From Octopus vulgaris (Eukaryota), in the NCBI GenBank assembly GCA_951406725.2, contig OX597817.1, positions 1,612,001 to 1,676,000 of the forward strand: DNA of 64,000 bases, written 5' to 3'. Below are positions 26,410 to 40,984 of this stretch, one piece after another; the stretch's first letter is position 1, and each line of letters starts with the position of its first letter. The notes beneath the pieces are model-generated. The model saw only the letters and a list, made by a program, of their open reading frames with translations, ran no database searches and had not been told where the DNA came from. Both the position numbers and the translations under genes were made by a program.

Positions 26410-27038
26410 GTATGTATATATGTATGTATGCCTGTTTATATGTGAGATAAAAGTTTCACTTTAATACTTTCAGTATTGGAGAGAAACTATTAAAATGAAA
26501 ATACCTGACATTACAATAGGGAGATGTTATTGTTTCACTTTTGACAGGTAATACTGAAATAGTGGAGGAGATATGATATTGCTCTGGACTTGCACTAGGC
26601 AAGAAGTTAAAAGTTTTTTTGGCCTATGACACTACATGGAGCCTAAGTAAGGCATGTGTAAAATCTGAATGAAATTGGTTGTGTAGTTCCCAAGTTTTAG
26701 GGATCAACACAGACAGACACACATTCTCATATATATATATATATATATGCTCTGATGCGTAGCAGTATACTGTTCATAAGGATCATATTTCTAATTAGTA
26801 ATACAATAAATGACCTGTAAACCACAGCAAGATCTTTTTTTTAAGTGTTTGTACATCAGTTTAATCACATTCAGAAAGTATTTATAGGCGCAGGAGTAGC
26901 TGCGTGAGCTTGCTTACCAATTACATGGTTCCGGGTTCAGTCCAACTGCGTGGCACCTTAGGCAAGTGCCTTCTATTATAGCCTCGGGCCGACCAAACCC
27001 TTGTGAGTGGATTTGGTTGACGGAAACTGAAAGCCCGT

Positions 27039-28464
<1,426 letters not shown>

Positions 28465-28640
28465 CCGATGCTGGTGTGTTTACGTCCCCGTTACTTACCG
28501 GTCTCCAAAGAGACCGATAGAATAAGTACTGGGCTTACAAAGAATAAGTCCTGGGGTCGATTTGCTTGACTAAAGGCGGTGCTCCAGCATGGTTACAGTC
28601 AAATGACTGAAACAAGTAAAAGAGTTAAAAAGTAAAGAGA

Positions 28641-28659
<19 letters not shown>

Positions 28660-28717
<58 letters not shown>

Positions 28718-28928
28718 TGTGTCTGTGTTTGTCCCCCCAACATCGCTTGACAACCAATGCTGGTGTATTTACGTCCTCGTAACTTAGCGGTTCGGCAAAA
28801 GAGACCGATAGAATAGGCTTACATAGAATAAGTCCTGGGGTCGATTTTCTCAACTAAAGGCGGTGCTCCAGCATGGCCACAGTCAAATGACTGAAACAAG
28901 TAAAAGAGTAAAGAGTAAAGAGTAAGAG
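28660..28928 (+). mobile_element. SINE family A, 3' half
   Basis: Matches the tail of 18191-18576. Confidence 0.85.
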
Positions 28929-29306
28929 ATACCCATGTTCAAGATACCTTATATTTGAAAGATAAAAGTTCTTAAGAACAGTTAGGTGAACCGAGGCAAG
29001 TAACGGAGTATTTTTGAATATACTAAGTATGAGGAGGGATTTTCAATTTAAAAGATGAGAGATTGATTGAAACTAAAGGTGGGGAACTTAGCTAAGTGAT
29101 TCTCATGCCACGCAGAGTTAAATATGTTGATGATGTGAAAGACAACAATATTACTTTCGCTGATTTTCAGTAGGGCATGAAACTACTGGTAATTGGTGCA
29201 AGACAGCGTATCCCTAGTGAATTTGGTTGAACGAAAACTGTTAATGTGATCACCGAGAATAGATAAATATACATATTTGTAGACAGACAGAAGGATAGAT
29301 AGGTAA

Positions 29307-29396
<90 letters not shown>

Positions 29397-30129
29397 GGAT
29401 GGATGGATGGATAGTTAGATAGATAGATAGATAGATAATATATGTTCATATAGGAAATAGTCGTTTATGACCATCTCAATCAACTAGGGGTAAAAAGAAT
29501 GTCAGAAATACAATCCAATAACCGATGTGACATGCATAATTAATTAATTCATTAATTCATTAAGAATTAATTAATACATACGTTTAAGTATATAATTACT
29601 TTAAAATGTATACAAAAATAGATATTAGACATTTTAAGTACCAATTTGAGACAGAAGTTGAATCGTATATAATCTTCTCAGCTTGTTTTTCTACTGACTG
29701 GTGATTAGAATGTCCATTATTACTTTGTATTGACAATACTTGCTGTTAATTCATTTATAATGTATGTATAACAAGATAAGAGAGCGAACTTACGAATTCG
29801 TTACAACGTCTATAATGCTTTATAGTATTTCTTCCGGTTGTCTGCCCACTGTGTTCATATGACGCCGAAGTTTACTTTCACATTCATCCATTTGGGGTCA
29901 TTGAGAAAAAGTTAGTGCCATTCCAGTGCTGGAATGGTGGGGTAAGTCGATATTGCTCTCTCTCTCTCTCTCTATTTTGCACTTGAAAATCAAATAACAG
30001 TCCATATCATATATTGTGTTACGCTGATTCGGCCTGAGTATTGTGTTAACGTCACACGGGCCATAAGAATATTTCTCTATATAAATATGCATGTGAATAA
30101 ATATATGTATGCAGGCATGCTTGAATGCA

Positions 30130-30630
30130 TATATGTATGTATGCATGTATGTATGTATGTATGTATGCATGTATGTATGTATGTATGTATGTATGTATGT
30201 ATGTATGTATGTATGTATGTATGTATGTATGTATGTATGTATGTATGTATGTATGTATGTATGTATGTATGTATGTATGTATGTATGTATGTATGTATGC
30301 ATGCATGTATGTATGTATGTATGTATGCATGTATGTATGTATGTATGTATGTATGTATGTATGTATGTATGCATGCATGTATGTATGTATGTATGTATGT
30401 ATGTATGTATGTATGTATGTATGTATGTATGTATGTATGTATGTATGTATGTATGTCATGTATGTATGTATGTATGCATGCATGTATGTATGTATGTATG
30501 TATGTATGTATGTATGTATGTATGTATTTGTATGTATGTATGTATGTATGTATGTATGTATGTATGTATGTATGTATGTATGTATGTATGTATGTATGTA
30601 TGTATGTATGTATGTATGTATGTATGTATG

Positions 30631-30660
<30 letters not shown>
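30130..30660. repeat. (TATG)n microsatellite, ~530 bp
   Basis: Direct reading; a similar tract lies at 32990-33305. Confidence 0.98.
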
Positions 30661-30664
<4 letters not shown>

Positions 30665-31639
30665 ATACATACTACATAATACGTACAAGCAAACGTACAC
30701 ACACACGTATATATATATTTTCTTTATTTGAATTCTTCCTATTAGAGAATTGACTTCTAGCAAAGTAACAAACCACGTTGCAACTAAGGTAGCAACAATG
30801 AATGGATGTGTGATACGGATGCACGTTTTCTCTTACTTATTGGAGTTTTGAAATTTCTCTGACCCCCTTCACCTGCTCAGTGGAAAGTTTCTACACTGAA
30901 GACATATTTATGTGTGTAGCGGGGGAAAGGGTTTCTTATTCTCATCATCATTCGTGGAACAGTCAACTTTGAAATTTTGAGGAATACTGTGCAGATTTTT
31001 AATAACTCAGCATGACCATCTGTCGCATATGAATTATAGAAGTATACTCTTCCTCCAAGAACTCGAGTTCAGTCTTAGTTCTAGCCTTACATCTAGGTAG
31101 ATTGTAGCATACTGTCTGTTAAATCTAAATAATAACAATAGTGACTATACTAGTATATTTGACGAAACTGCTTACTCTGAAATACAGTTAAATGGAATAT
31201 TTTAGGTCCTAATATCCTTTGATCAAGAGATCTTCCTTAGCTTTTTGTAGATTTGGTACAAGCTTTGACTCAAAAATCCACTGGAATTTCTCTTGCTAGT
31301 TCTGCTAGTTCCCGATTCTTTGTCTTGCCATGATGTACGTTGTAGATTGATTTCTTCTCTAAACAGGTATGTCTTCCCACTTAAAGAAAAGGGCCATATT
31401 TTTACCACTCAAGAGGAATAGTATTCGAAAAACAGAATGGTCTCTTATTTTGAGCTGACTGGCTTCAACACCATGTCTGCCTGGTAAACTGTCTGTTTGG
31501 TATGTCAGTAAGTATGTATGTATGTACATGTATGCATATATGCGTGTGTATGTATGTATGTATGCATGTATGTATGTATGCGTGTGTATGTATGTATGCA
31601 TGTATGTATGCAGTTGTAGTTGTGGTCATAACTGTAGTG

Positions 31640-31700
<61 letters not shown>

Positions 31701-31865
31701 TGGTGGTGGCGGTGGTGGTGGTGGTGGTGGTGGTGGTGATGGTTGGGGTGAAATAATTTTCATTTTATGTTATATGCAATTATAAATATTAAATACATAG
31801 AAATATGTACTCATATATAAAGAAACTTGATTTCTCCTTCCCAGACATTTTGCCAGCATATTTCA

Positions 31866-31896
<31 letters not shown>

Positions 31897-32988
31897 TGCA
31901 TAAAACTAGTAGGGCTTCTATATCTTGGTTATAATTAAAAGTAGATGGTGACAAAAAAGAAAGAGAACATGAAACATTTCTGATGAAATGTACTGCAATG
32001 AACAGTATATACGAGTTTATACGAGTCGCCCCTGTTCAGCAGGGAACATCCAGATAAATAAGTTTTTAGTACATTTAATTTTTTTAATTATGAGTGAAAA
32101 AAACTACTAGGCTTTTCAACGTAAAATGATATTAAACTTCAAGATCATAACATGAACCTGTTCGTCTTCCGTGTCCCAAACTGGTACTTATAATGTCTGA
32201 ATATTTAATGGTTACTTAAATATGCAATTACAGTATATCAAAGGAAAGATTTCACAAAACACGCAGTTGGAACACTGGGGATAAAAGGAAAAGTGATGTA
32301 CTTAATATTATAGCTAAAGTCGTCCCAGGGTAGGTAAAATAAATACGAGTTAGGTACTTAGTCAGCATAATCAACACTTTCTTCTTTCCAACACGCCAAC
32401 TTAATTTGTGACTTCATGGCTTAAAGAAACGTTTTTATTATCATTATGAAAATTACTATCATATCTCAATAATATTAGAGAAATAAAATAATTAAAACGT
32501 AATGCATATATCCATCCATCCATCCATCCATCCATCCATCCATCCATACATACATACATACATACATACATACATACATACATGCATACATGACTGCGTG
32601 TATGTAATGCATATATATATGCGCGGAGACGTCGAAATACGTGGGTTGGTGTCCAGACGCGAGGTTGGGATACCGGAAGTGGGAGGCCCCTCTGTTCTTA
32701 TCACATTTCTCTAGGAGAGGGAAACTCTGAGAGAAAACCTGCGACTCTGACAATATTCGATGATGCAGACTAGTTCTTCTTTTCGAGTTGGAATTGGATT
32801 TGTGCAAATCCTTTCCCCACCATAAAAAAAAAAAAATCCTCATGGACAGGCATCGCTTGAAAAGATTAAGAACTGGCACAAAAATGGCCGGTCGAAGCCT
32901 TCGCAGGTGTGAAACTTTCGATCAGGCGATGGCAATACTCGAACACGAGTTTGCAACCATCATGTGTGTACGTATGTACGTACGTACG

Positions 32989-33022
<34 letters not shown>

Positions 33023-33449
33023 TGTATGTATGTATGTATGTATGTATGTATGTATGTATGTATGTATGTATGTATGTATGTATGTATGTATGTATGTATG
33101 TATGTACGTACGTACGTACGTACGTATGTATGTATGTATGTATGTATGTATGTATGTATGTATGAATGTATGTATGTACGTATGTACGTACGTACGTACG
33201 TAAGTATGTATGTACGTATGTATGTATGTGTGTATGTATGTATGTATGTATGTATGTATGTATGTATGTATGTATGTATGTATGTATGTATGTATGTATG
33301 TATGTAGTAACAATAATTTACTTGAACAAATGATCAGGGCTAACTAATTTTTGAGCATGGAGATACAACCTAATCGGTTATAGAAACATTATAGGTGTAT
33401 GTTGATATTCGCCAAATGACCGTGAGGGATCGAGTTTGTGGTCGCATAT

Positions 33450-33610
33450 ATATAGACGGGTGTGTAAACAACAAAGATGTATTAGTTTAACGCTCGGGAA
33501 GTGAGAAAGTCTTTTACGTTTCGAGCCTATGCTCTTCGACAGAAATAAACACAGAAATAAACAGGGAGAGAAAATAAAAAAGGTGTTGTGGCTAGCAATC
33601 ATGACGAATG
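33450..33610 (-). mobile_element. Short TA-flanked element with hammerhead-like motif at 33512-33545
   Basis: Minus strand TTT-CTGTCGA-A-GAGC atag GCTC-GAAAC-GTA^-AAA; same stem II arms as the 205-bp family. Confidence 0.65.
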
Positions 33611-33622
33611 ATATATATATAT

Positions 33623-34210
33623 ATGCGGCAATAAGAAAATGGAAGGGATCAAGAGGTGGTATTCATCAACTTTTAGACATTATATTATATTTACTTATAT
33701 AATTTAAAAAAAAAACAATTATAACAATATACATACATGTATAACATATTATGCTTTACATATATAAAAATATCAGTAATTATTAATATATGTAACGTAG
33801 ACCTTAGAAAGTAGAATAAAATATTCTTCTTTCTATATTCTATTTTCTACTGTCTATATTCTACGTTATATATTTTAGTAATTACTGGTATTTTTATATA
33901 TGTAAAGCATAATATGTTATACATGTATGTATATTGTTATAATTGTTCTTTGAAAAAAATAAATAAATAGACATAATATAAGGTCTAAAATTTGATGACT
34001 ACCACCTCTTGTTCCCCTCCATTTTCTTATTGCCGTATAAATTAGGGATAAAACAACTTTTTACCCTCACCGATTGATTACATTCAGTAGTGTAGTTGCT
34101 ATGCAATGAAAAAACATTTGTGTATTAATAATTGGGTATTCTACCAGTAGTATATTGGATAGATATTATCCCTTAGTTGGTTGGATCCACAACCTCTAAC
34201 TCTCTTGGAA
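33623..34210 (+). mobile_element. Microsatellite-embedded fold-back element (arms ~190 bp, 33623-34038) plus unique tail
   Basis: gcggcaataagaaaatgga.. / ..tccattttcttattgccgt, with a long perfectly complementary inner block; no intact HHR seen. Confidence 0.75.
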
Positions 34211-34226
34211 ATACATACATACATAT

Positions 34227-34318
<92 letters not shown>

Positions 34319-34323
<5 letters not shown>

Positions 34324-34522
34324 TTCCAAACATGAAAACACAAAGAGAAAACACAACAACGCGAGGACGTGGAACAAATATAGTATTATTGGACGTTCAG
34401 GAAGGAAGGAAAGAAGGAGGGTTTAACGTTTCGAGCGGAGCTCTTCGTCAGAAACATAGGAAAAGGAAAGATCCAGAGAAGGGAAGACGGAGGAAAAAAA
34501 TCGCCAACGGTACACACGCGGT

Positions 34523-34524
<2 letters not shown>
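34319..34524 (-). mobile_element. 205-bp hammerhead element, copy 1 (HHR at 34421-34455)
   Basis: Minus strand GTTT-CTGACGA-A-GAGC tcc GCTC-GAAAC-GTT^-AAAC; lies between (TA)n and (CA)n. Confidence 0.85.
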
Positions 34525-34573
<49 letters not shown>

Positions 34574-34577
34574 GTAT

Positions 34578-34608
<31 letters not shown>

Positions 34609-37600
34609 CACACACACACACACATATATATATTGAATATTTTAGTTGTATATTGAACATTTGTAGACAATGTAATAGCAGTGTAATCCAATAGCAGAAA
34701 CCTTCATAATATGGCGATAATCAGGAATTCTGCAAGTGGCTATGAAAAACAACACCTGTTTTTGTTTCGTTAACTCATCTTCACTGAAAATTATTAGTTG
34801 AAGTAAAAAATTTACATAATACAGATAGGTTTTCGATTTGGATGCCAAAAAGTAACTTCCATTACAAACCAAACTACCCCCCTCCCACATGCAACACATA
34901 CACAAACGCACACATGCACACAAAACAAAAAGTAAAACACTGCACCAAGATTTAAGACTACCATAGATAGAATAAGTCTCACTATATGCTGATAATACTT
35001 TAGGTGATCTAAAACTCAAATCATCGGCTCTTTAATCTTTCTGAGACTCTGGTAGCGCTAAAAAGCTACTCTGAATGTCATCTTTGAAATAAATGACGAT
35101 CAAGTAAAAAGGCCAGATGATCCGAACAGTATTTCACATTTGATTTACTTCTCGTTTCTGCTTAAAAACCTTAGAATTAACGCTTTGCTCTTTGAGAATA
35201 ATGCTTCAGGTTATTCCACCCTCCAAACCTGCATGATTTGACAGAAATGTAATTTTCGAGTCATTTTTTCACGTCGAAACACACCAGTTTGATTATGAAC
35301 TAGGGGATAATATCTGCATTCAAAATCTACTTTGTAATTACATTTTTAGATGATGATATAAACCTACTGCCAAGGAATTTTAGCATAATGCTATTGTGAG
35401 TGCTATTAACAAGTTGTTGGCGGCATAATGAGAAGAGGAAAAATGGCCACAGTGTTTTTGTCTAGAGTAAAATTAATCCAGACAGTATGAGGACGCCCAT
35501 GGATTTCGATGAACCAGTATAAAATGTTCATTAAGTCTTCCTTTAAAATAGTAGGCTGGATTTAATGAAATGAATGAGAATGATGCTATAAAGATGCTTT
35601 AATTACACGGTGAAGAAGTTTACGAGAACCATTTGGAAATAAAACAGCATCATGTTTAAGAAGATGAAAGTGAAAATTGGATCACTTTTTATTTTAACTA
35701 ATAAATATTTGCCTGAAATTTTCAGTTTTTATATAAATGTATGTCTATTTTCAACGACTAACATCTCGAGAGAGAGGCGTTCTAAAAGGAAGCAGTTTAA
35801 TAATGAATAGAACATTCTCAAGGAATTATACAAATAGAAGACAAGTATGACCGACAAAATATCGGGGCAAGTTTCTTTTTAAATAAATAACTATTAGAGT
35901 AGTTTTTTTAAAAAATTAATTATTGATATTCTCCTTCGGGCAAGGGTGACTATGCATCTGTTTATGTATATTCAGGTTTAGACATGATTTTAAGAGTGCA
36001 GATTGGGAGTTGCGTATGTTCGCAAGTCTTCTTTTCTCCACGCTACTGATGTTTATACAAAGGAATGCACAATACCAGAACAAATACCGAAAAACACCTT
36101 TACCAACCTTTTGCTAATTCATCGCTCTAAATCAGTATTTTATTTTCCATCGAACCCTCACAGAAATGAAAGGCAAATTTAGCCTCGGTGGAATTTGAAC
36201 TCACAACTCAGAATGTCGGAGCAAATATAGAAGATATTCTATCTGTTTATCTGTCTGTCCGTCAGACTGTGTCTGTCCATCAACTGTCATTCAAACAACT
36301 GTTAAGTCATACCTTTAGTGATGCTTAGGGCATAGAAATTGCCAAAGAAGTGAAAATGGTAATGGGAACAACGCGATACTAATGGTGAAAACGGGAATAG
36401 TAGTGATGGAACTATCATGGCTGGCTGTTGTTATTGTTTAAAAATAATAATGTAGTGGTGTTAGTGTGGCTGTGATGTTGTTAGCAGCCATAAATCAGTT
36501 ATAATGATGGTGTATGTAAAAAAGGACGAAAAACCACGATTGCAAACTACGCAAAAAAGACAGCTTCTAAAGGAAGCATTAACATGATGTTAATACTAGC
36601 GACGGTTGTGGAATTGGCGGTAGAGGTGTGAAGATCACCTTGGAAGTCGAAGTGATGTTGATGGAGAAAATAGTGTTGGTGGTAGTGATGATGTTTGTGT
36701 GTAACCATAACACTTGCGATTATGGTGGCAGTAATGGCGGTGATAATGGTGATGAACTTAGTAATAGTAGTAGGAGTTATAGTAGTTGTAGTAGTAGTAA
36801 TAGTAGTAGTAGTTGTTTTTGTTGTTGTTGATGATGTGAATCAATTCGCCCTTCATGCTTCAATTAGAATTGTAGAGGTTTTTCCATCAGTTTTCTGCCA
36901 AACATAACCTCTCGTAATTGGTCGAGAGTCTCTACAAGGGTGACCTCATTCCTCACCAAATTCCAGCGTTCAGAACACACACACACACACACGCACACAC
37001 GCGCACGAACACACGCGCATGCACACACACTCATATCATACACGAAAAGCAAATATACTTGGGGCTACTCAAAACGGTTCTGATTTATTTGAATCTTCAA
37101 AACACAACGAAGTAAAATAACTCATTTTGAAAAATAAAAAAATAAATAAATAAATAAAAAACAAGCGATGATAATAAAAATTGGAATTCTTACAGTTAAC
37201 CATTACCGATTTATTTGATTCTTCAATTATTTTACTTCTCTTTTAAGCTTCGGTTATGTATGATAGCACAGTCTTACATAATAATTCGAATATCATACAG
37301 TACTTCAACGTGGGATCCCCGAATGAACTGCATCATAAGATTACCTCTTAATTACGTTGGTCTCTGCTGGTTGTGTATGGCAGCCGGGTGAAAATTACTG
37401 TAATAAAAAATACTTTTGCCAAGAATGTTTTAGCAGTAGCCGGGATTCTAGATTGTATACAGTTTGAAGTGTATTTGTAGGAGATATTTTTGCTTGTGTT
37501 TGCATTTCGGCATTATAGCCTGCGTTTCGTTGAGTGTGTCAAAATCCCATGTGATGAGCTGTTTATTTCAGTTCTAAAGAGCAAAGCATATTTTCAATTC

Positions 37601-38766
37601 GTTATTGTAACATATTACTATTCCAAACAGAGAATCTTACTGAAGTGTTGTCAGTTCCGTTTCCCATTAAATGGACACAGATTTATATATAAATGTTTTT
37701 TTTTTTATTCATCTGAAAAAGTGAATATTTTATGCGCGCTTGCTTTTCGAACATTGAAAGTTTTTGCAAGCATACCTTTTGTGCATAGTTTAGTGCAGGA
37801 TACCATACTTAATACAGCCAACTGGAGATAGTAGTTAACCCATTAAAACTATAACATTAATAAAATGAATATCATTAGTGTTAGGAGGGCAAGAAGGAGA
37901 ACTTGAAAATTCCAAGTGAAATTAAAAATTGATCAATTTTATATGGATTGGAAAATTAAATGTAGATATGTAAGTGAAGAGTGATTTCGTTGTCTAGAAG
38001 CTAGGGTGATTACACAACACTGGATATAAGTGTTTTAATATGCAAATCATAGTCAACACATAGCTAACAAAACCGTAGAATAACCGGGAAATATTCTTTT
38101 GATGCATAAATGACTCACTAATTAGTCAGTTTGAAACAGTTACGTGGTAAAATTTTCGAAAGATTTGTTCTGCCTGAAAAACAAATAGTTAAGCACCTGC
38201 TACTCTATTTAATTCATAATGTGAAGGACACTCATTAACATTAATGAAAACTTGTTCCCATGAGTGTAATAGATAGAAGTCCTCAAATTTCAAATGAGTA
38301 AAATACTATATGGATATATGCAGGTATGAATAGTGACAACTTCGAGTATATTTATGTCTTATCAGGCTTCCTCGACGAAGCGGGATCAATACATCAATTG
38401 ATTAAAAATATTTCCCATTCACCACATTCAATTTGATTACTTGTACTTAACTTTATTTAATGAGAGTCTGATACAGTAGTTCCCGAGGTTATCTTTGGAC
38501 AACACTTTATTTCACTACACTAATTAGTACATCAACAGGTATGATTTATAATTTTAGTCTGTACCTGTTAAAGCAGACCTATTTTCAAAAGACAATCTCG
38601 CCTTTTATTTTAGACATACTAATATATAATTTAAGGTGTATTCCCGTTGGGAACGTATTAAAGTCCAAAGTAGAGCTCGTTTACCCTTAGAATTACCAAA
38701 TAGCCGGTAGTATTACGGTATACTTCCAAGTCTAGGTTTAGGCATTCATCATGTGAAAATTCTTTT

Positions 38767-39080
38767 AAAAATTGAATAGGGTCAAGAATGAGTACGTTTA
38801 CACAACTATTTAATAAACACTACACGTGTTTCGATAAAACATAGATCCACATAGACATACGATTTAAATTAAGCAACGGTTTACCTATATAATGGGATCC
38901 AGTTGCATCTCCTCAGATAATATATAATTGAGGAGATACATCTGGATCCCATTATACAAATAAACCGTTGCTTAATTTAAATCGTGTGTATATGTGGATC
39001 TATGTTTTATCGAAACATATGTAGTGTTTATTAAATAGCTGTCTGAGCGTACTCATTCTTGACTTTATTTATTCAATTTT
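38767..39080. mobile_element. Fold-back element, ~150-bp arms, each with a hammerhead-like motif with very long stem II
   Basis: Left arm, minus strand: CTGAGGA-GAT..TGGATCC..GGATCTA..ATC-GAAAC-ACGT-GTA. Symmetry centre (~38922) lies immediately 5' of the core; right arm abuts (TA)n. Confidence 0.75.
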
Positions 39081-39152
39081 ATATATATATATTTGGCTAA
39101 ATAATCCAGTGTAGCTTTACTCTTTCATTTTTTATCTCTTTCTCCCCCTCTC

Positions 39153-39198
<46 letters not shown>

Positions 39199-39203
<5 letters not shown>

Positions 39204-39700
39204 CAAAACGAGCAACAAGGATATCCAGAGATAATGCTGTACGATCGTTTCATATAACTCCATTTAATTGAACAATGCAATCATTACATCAATTTAAAAT
39301 GTAGAGCAATTTTCAGCTGCACAAAGACATAGAATTTAATTAAATTTGAACAGGACACATTAGTATAATTATACCTAAAATCACCTCGAAAAGTTAAGGC
39401 GGTAGACAAAGAACATGTTGTCTCTACTTCAGCATAGAGTAACTTCTATGCTGAGGTAGAGATAACATGTTCTTTGTCTATCTCCTTAACTTCTTGTAGA
39501 TTTTATGTATAATTGTATTAATGTGTCCATCTGTTCAAATTTAATTAAATTCTATGTCTTTGTACAGCTGAGGATTGTTCTACATTACCTCTGGATATCC
39601 TTGTTGCTTATTTTGATTTTAATCACCTTACTTTGAAATTGTATAGCTAATACCGTACTGAATTCTGGTGCCTCAACTTAAGTACCATATTCATCTGAAT
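39199..39700 (+). mobile_element. (TA)n-embedded fold-back element (39199-39620, centre ~39441) plus tail, with degenerate HHR
   Basis: Arms are complementary. Left arm minus strand has CTGAAAA..long stem..GAAAC-GATC-GTA; right arm has CTGAGGA (39568) with stems II/III deleted between CATT microhomologies. Confidence 0.75.
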
Positions 39701-39960
39701 ATATATATATATATATATTTAATGTAGGATAATTTTTTTTGTGTGAAAAGAAAATTTTATCAATGGCTAGCATTTTAAAAAATACTTTTAAAGGTTAAAT
39801 TTATGAACAACTTATAAATGAGGGCAAACGAAAAAATTTCTAATGCCAAATATGCCGAATTTAGACACAATGTCCATAAGTTATATATATATATATATTT
39901 GTAAAAAATGAAGTTCGAAAATGCTGCTGTATTATACAATTTTTAATTTTTATATATACA

Positions 39961-40000
39961 TTATAACATGTTTCAGTTCCTGAAATGAACCTTATCAAAA
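39961..40000 (-). ncRNA. Minimal hammerhead-like motif (variant core) in a TA-flanked island
   Basis: Minus strand TTGATAA-GGTTC atttcag GAACT-GAAAC-AT-GTT^; palindromic ACATGT; weak stem I. Confidence 0.5.
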
Positions 40001-40290
40001 AAAGTTATATATAAAAAAAGACAGCTCATGCCGTCAAACACAAGAAATTCATTTATAATACACAACGGAGTCAGACATCTTAGAGTTCATGTATAGTTGA
40101 TATATAGTTTGAAGTGTATGTTCAAAGTGTTCGATGCAGTGGCCCACGGTGGCGATACGTATTCAATACAAAAAACCGATCAAAGTGGTGGAAAGCGGTC
40201 AATACAGAAGATTGATGTTTCCGAAAGAGCGAGGAATTCATTTTTACCTTAAGCAATTGTGATGACCCATGGTGGAAGTTCGCTGGGTGG

Positions 40291-40350
<60 letters not shown>

Positions 40351-40841
40351 ATACATACACACACACACACATATATATATATATCATAGGAAATCGCAGT
40401 TTATGATTTGGAAGAAAATCGGTTATCGGTTGGTGTTTCTAGCAGATGGAGTGACTGAATAGCAGGCTTCACTGCTGGTTCGTATTACTACATTTGTATT
40501 TGATTGGGAATGTAGCTTATTCCTACATGTAGATAGTTTTATTTGCATTGCGATATCACAATAATAATATTTCTCATGCCACTAAAAGTAAGTTTCCGTT
40601 ATTTCTGTTGAACAGTATGAAGCAGATGGGAAAATATTTTATAACTCTTGGAAATTGCTGACTGCGCTGGATGCCACATTAATGTTAATGGACAGGTTGC
40701 AGCAGATATAACTTCTGTATTTTCCTAGTTTTATTATTCCGTGAACTTTATGTATGTATGTAATGTATGTATGTATGTATGTATGTATGTATGTATGTAT
40801 GTATGTATGTATGTATGTATGTATGTATGTATGTATGTATG

Positions 40842-40878
<37 letters not shown>

Positions 40879-40923
40879 GTATGTAGCTATGCATCCACGT
40901 GTGAATATATACATACACATACG

Positions 40924-40984
<61 letters not shown>

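Noticed and set aside
29898-30763. Long ORFs (up to 228 aa) of HTYI/MYVC repeats, and the many YI/CV/HT ORFs elsewhere
   Set aside because: They are translations of stop-free microsatellites, open in several frames on both strands, with no coding signal.
32630-32962. GC-richer island as a host exon (similarly 4880-5250, 9480-9680, 31220-31490, 49945-50130)
   Set aside because: No recognisable protein motif or convincing splice-bounded frame; probably unclassified repeat fragments. BLASTX or RNA-seq would be needed.
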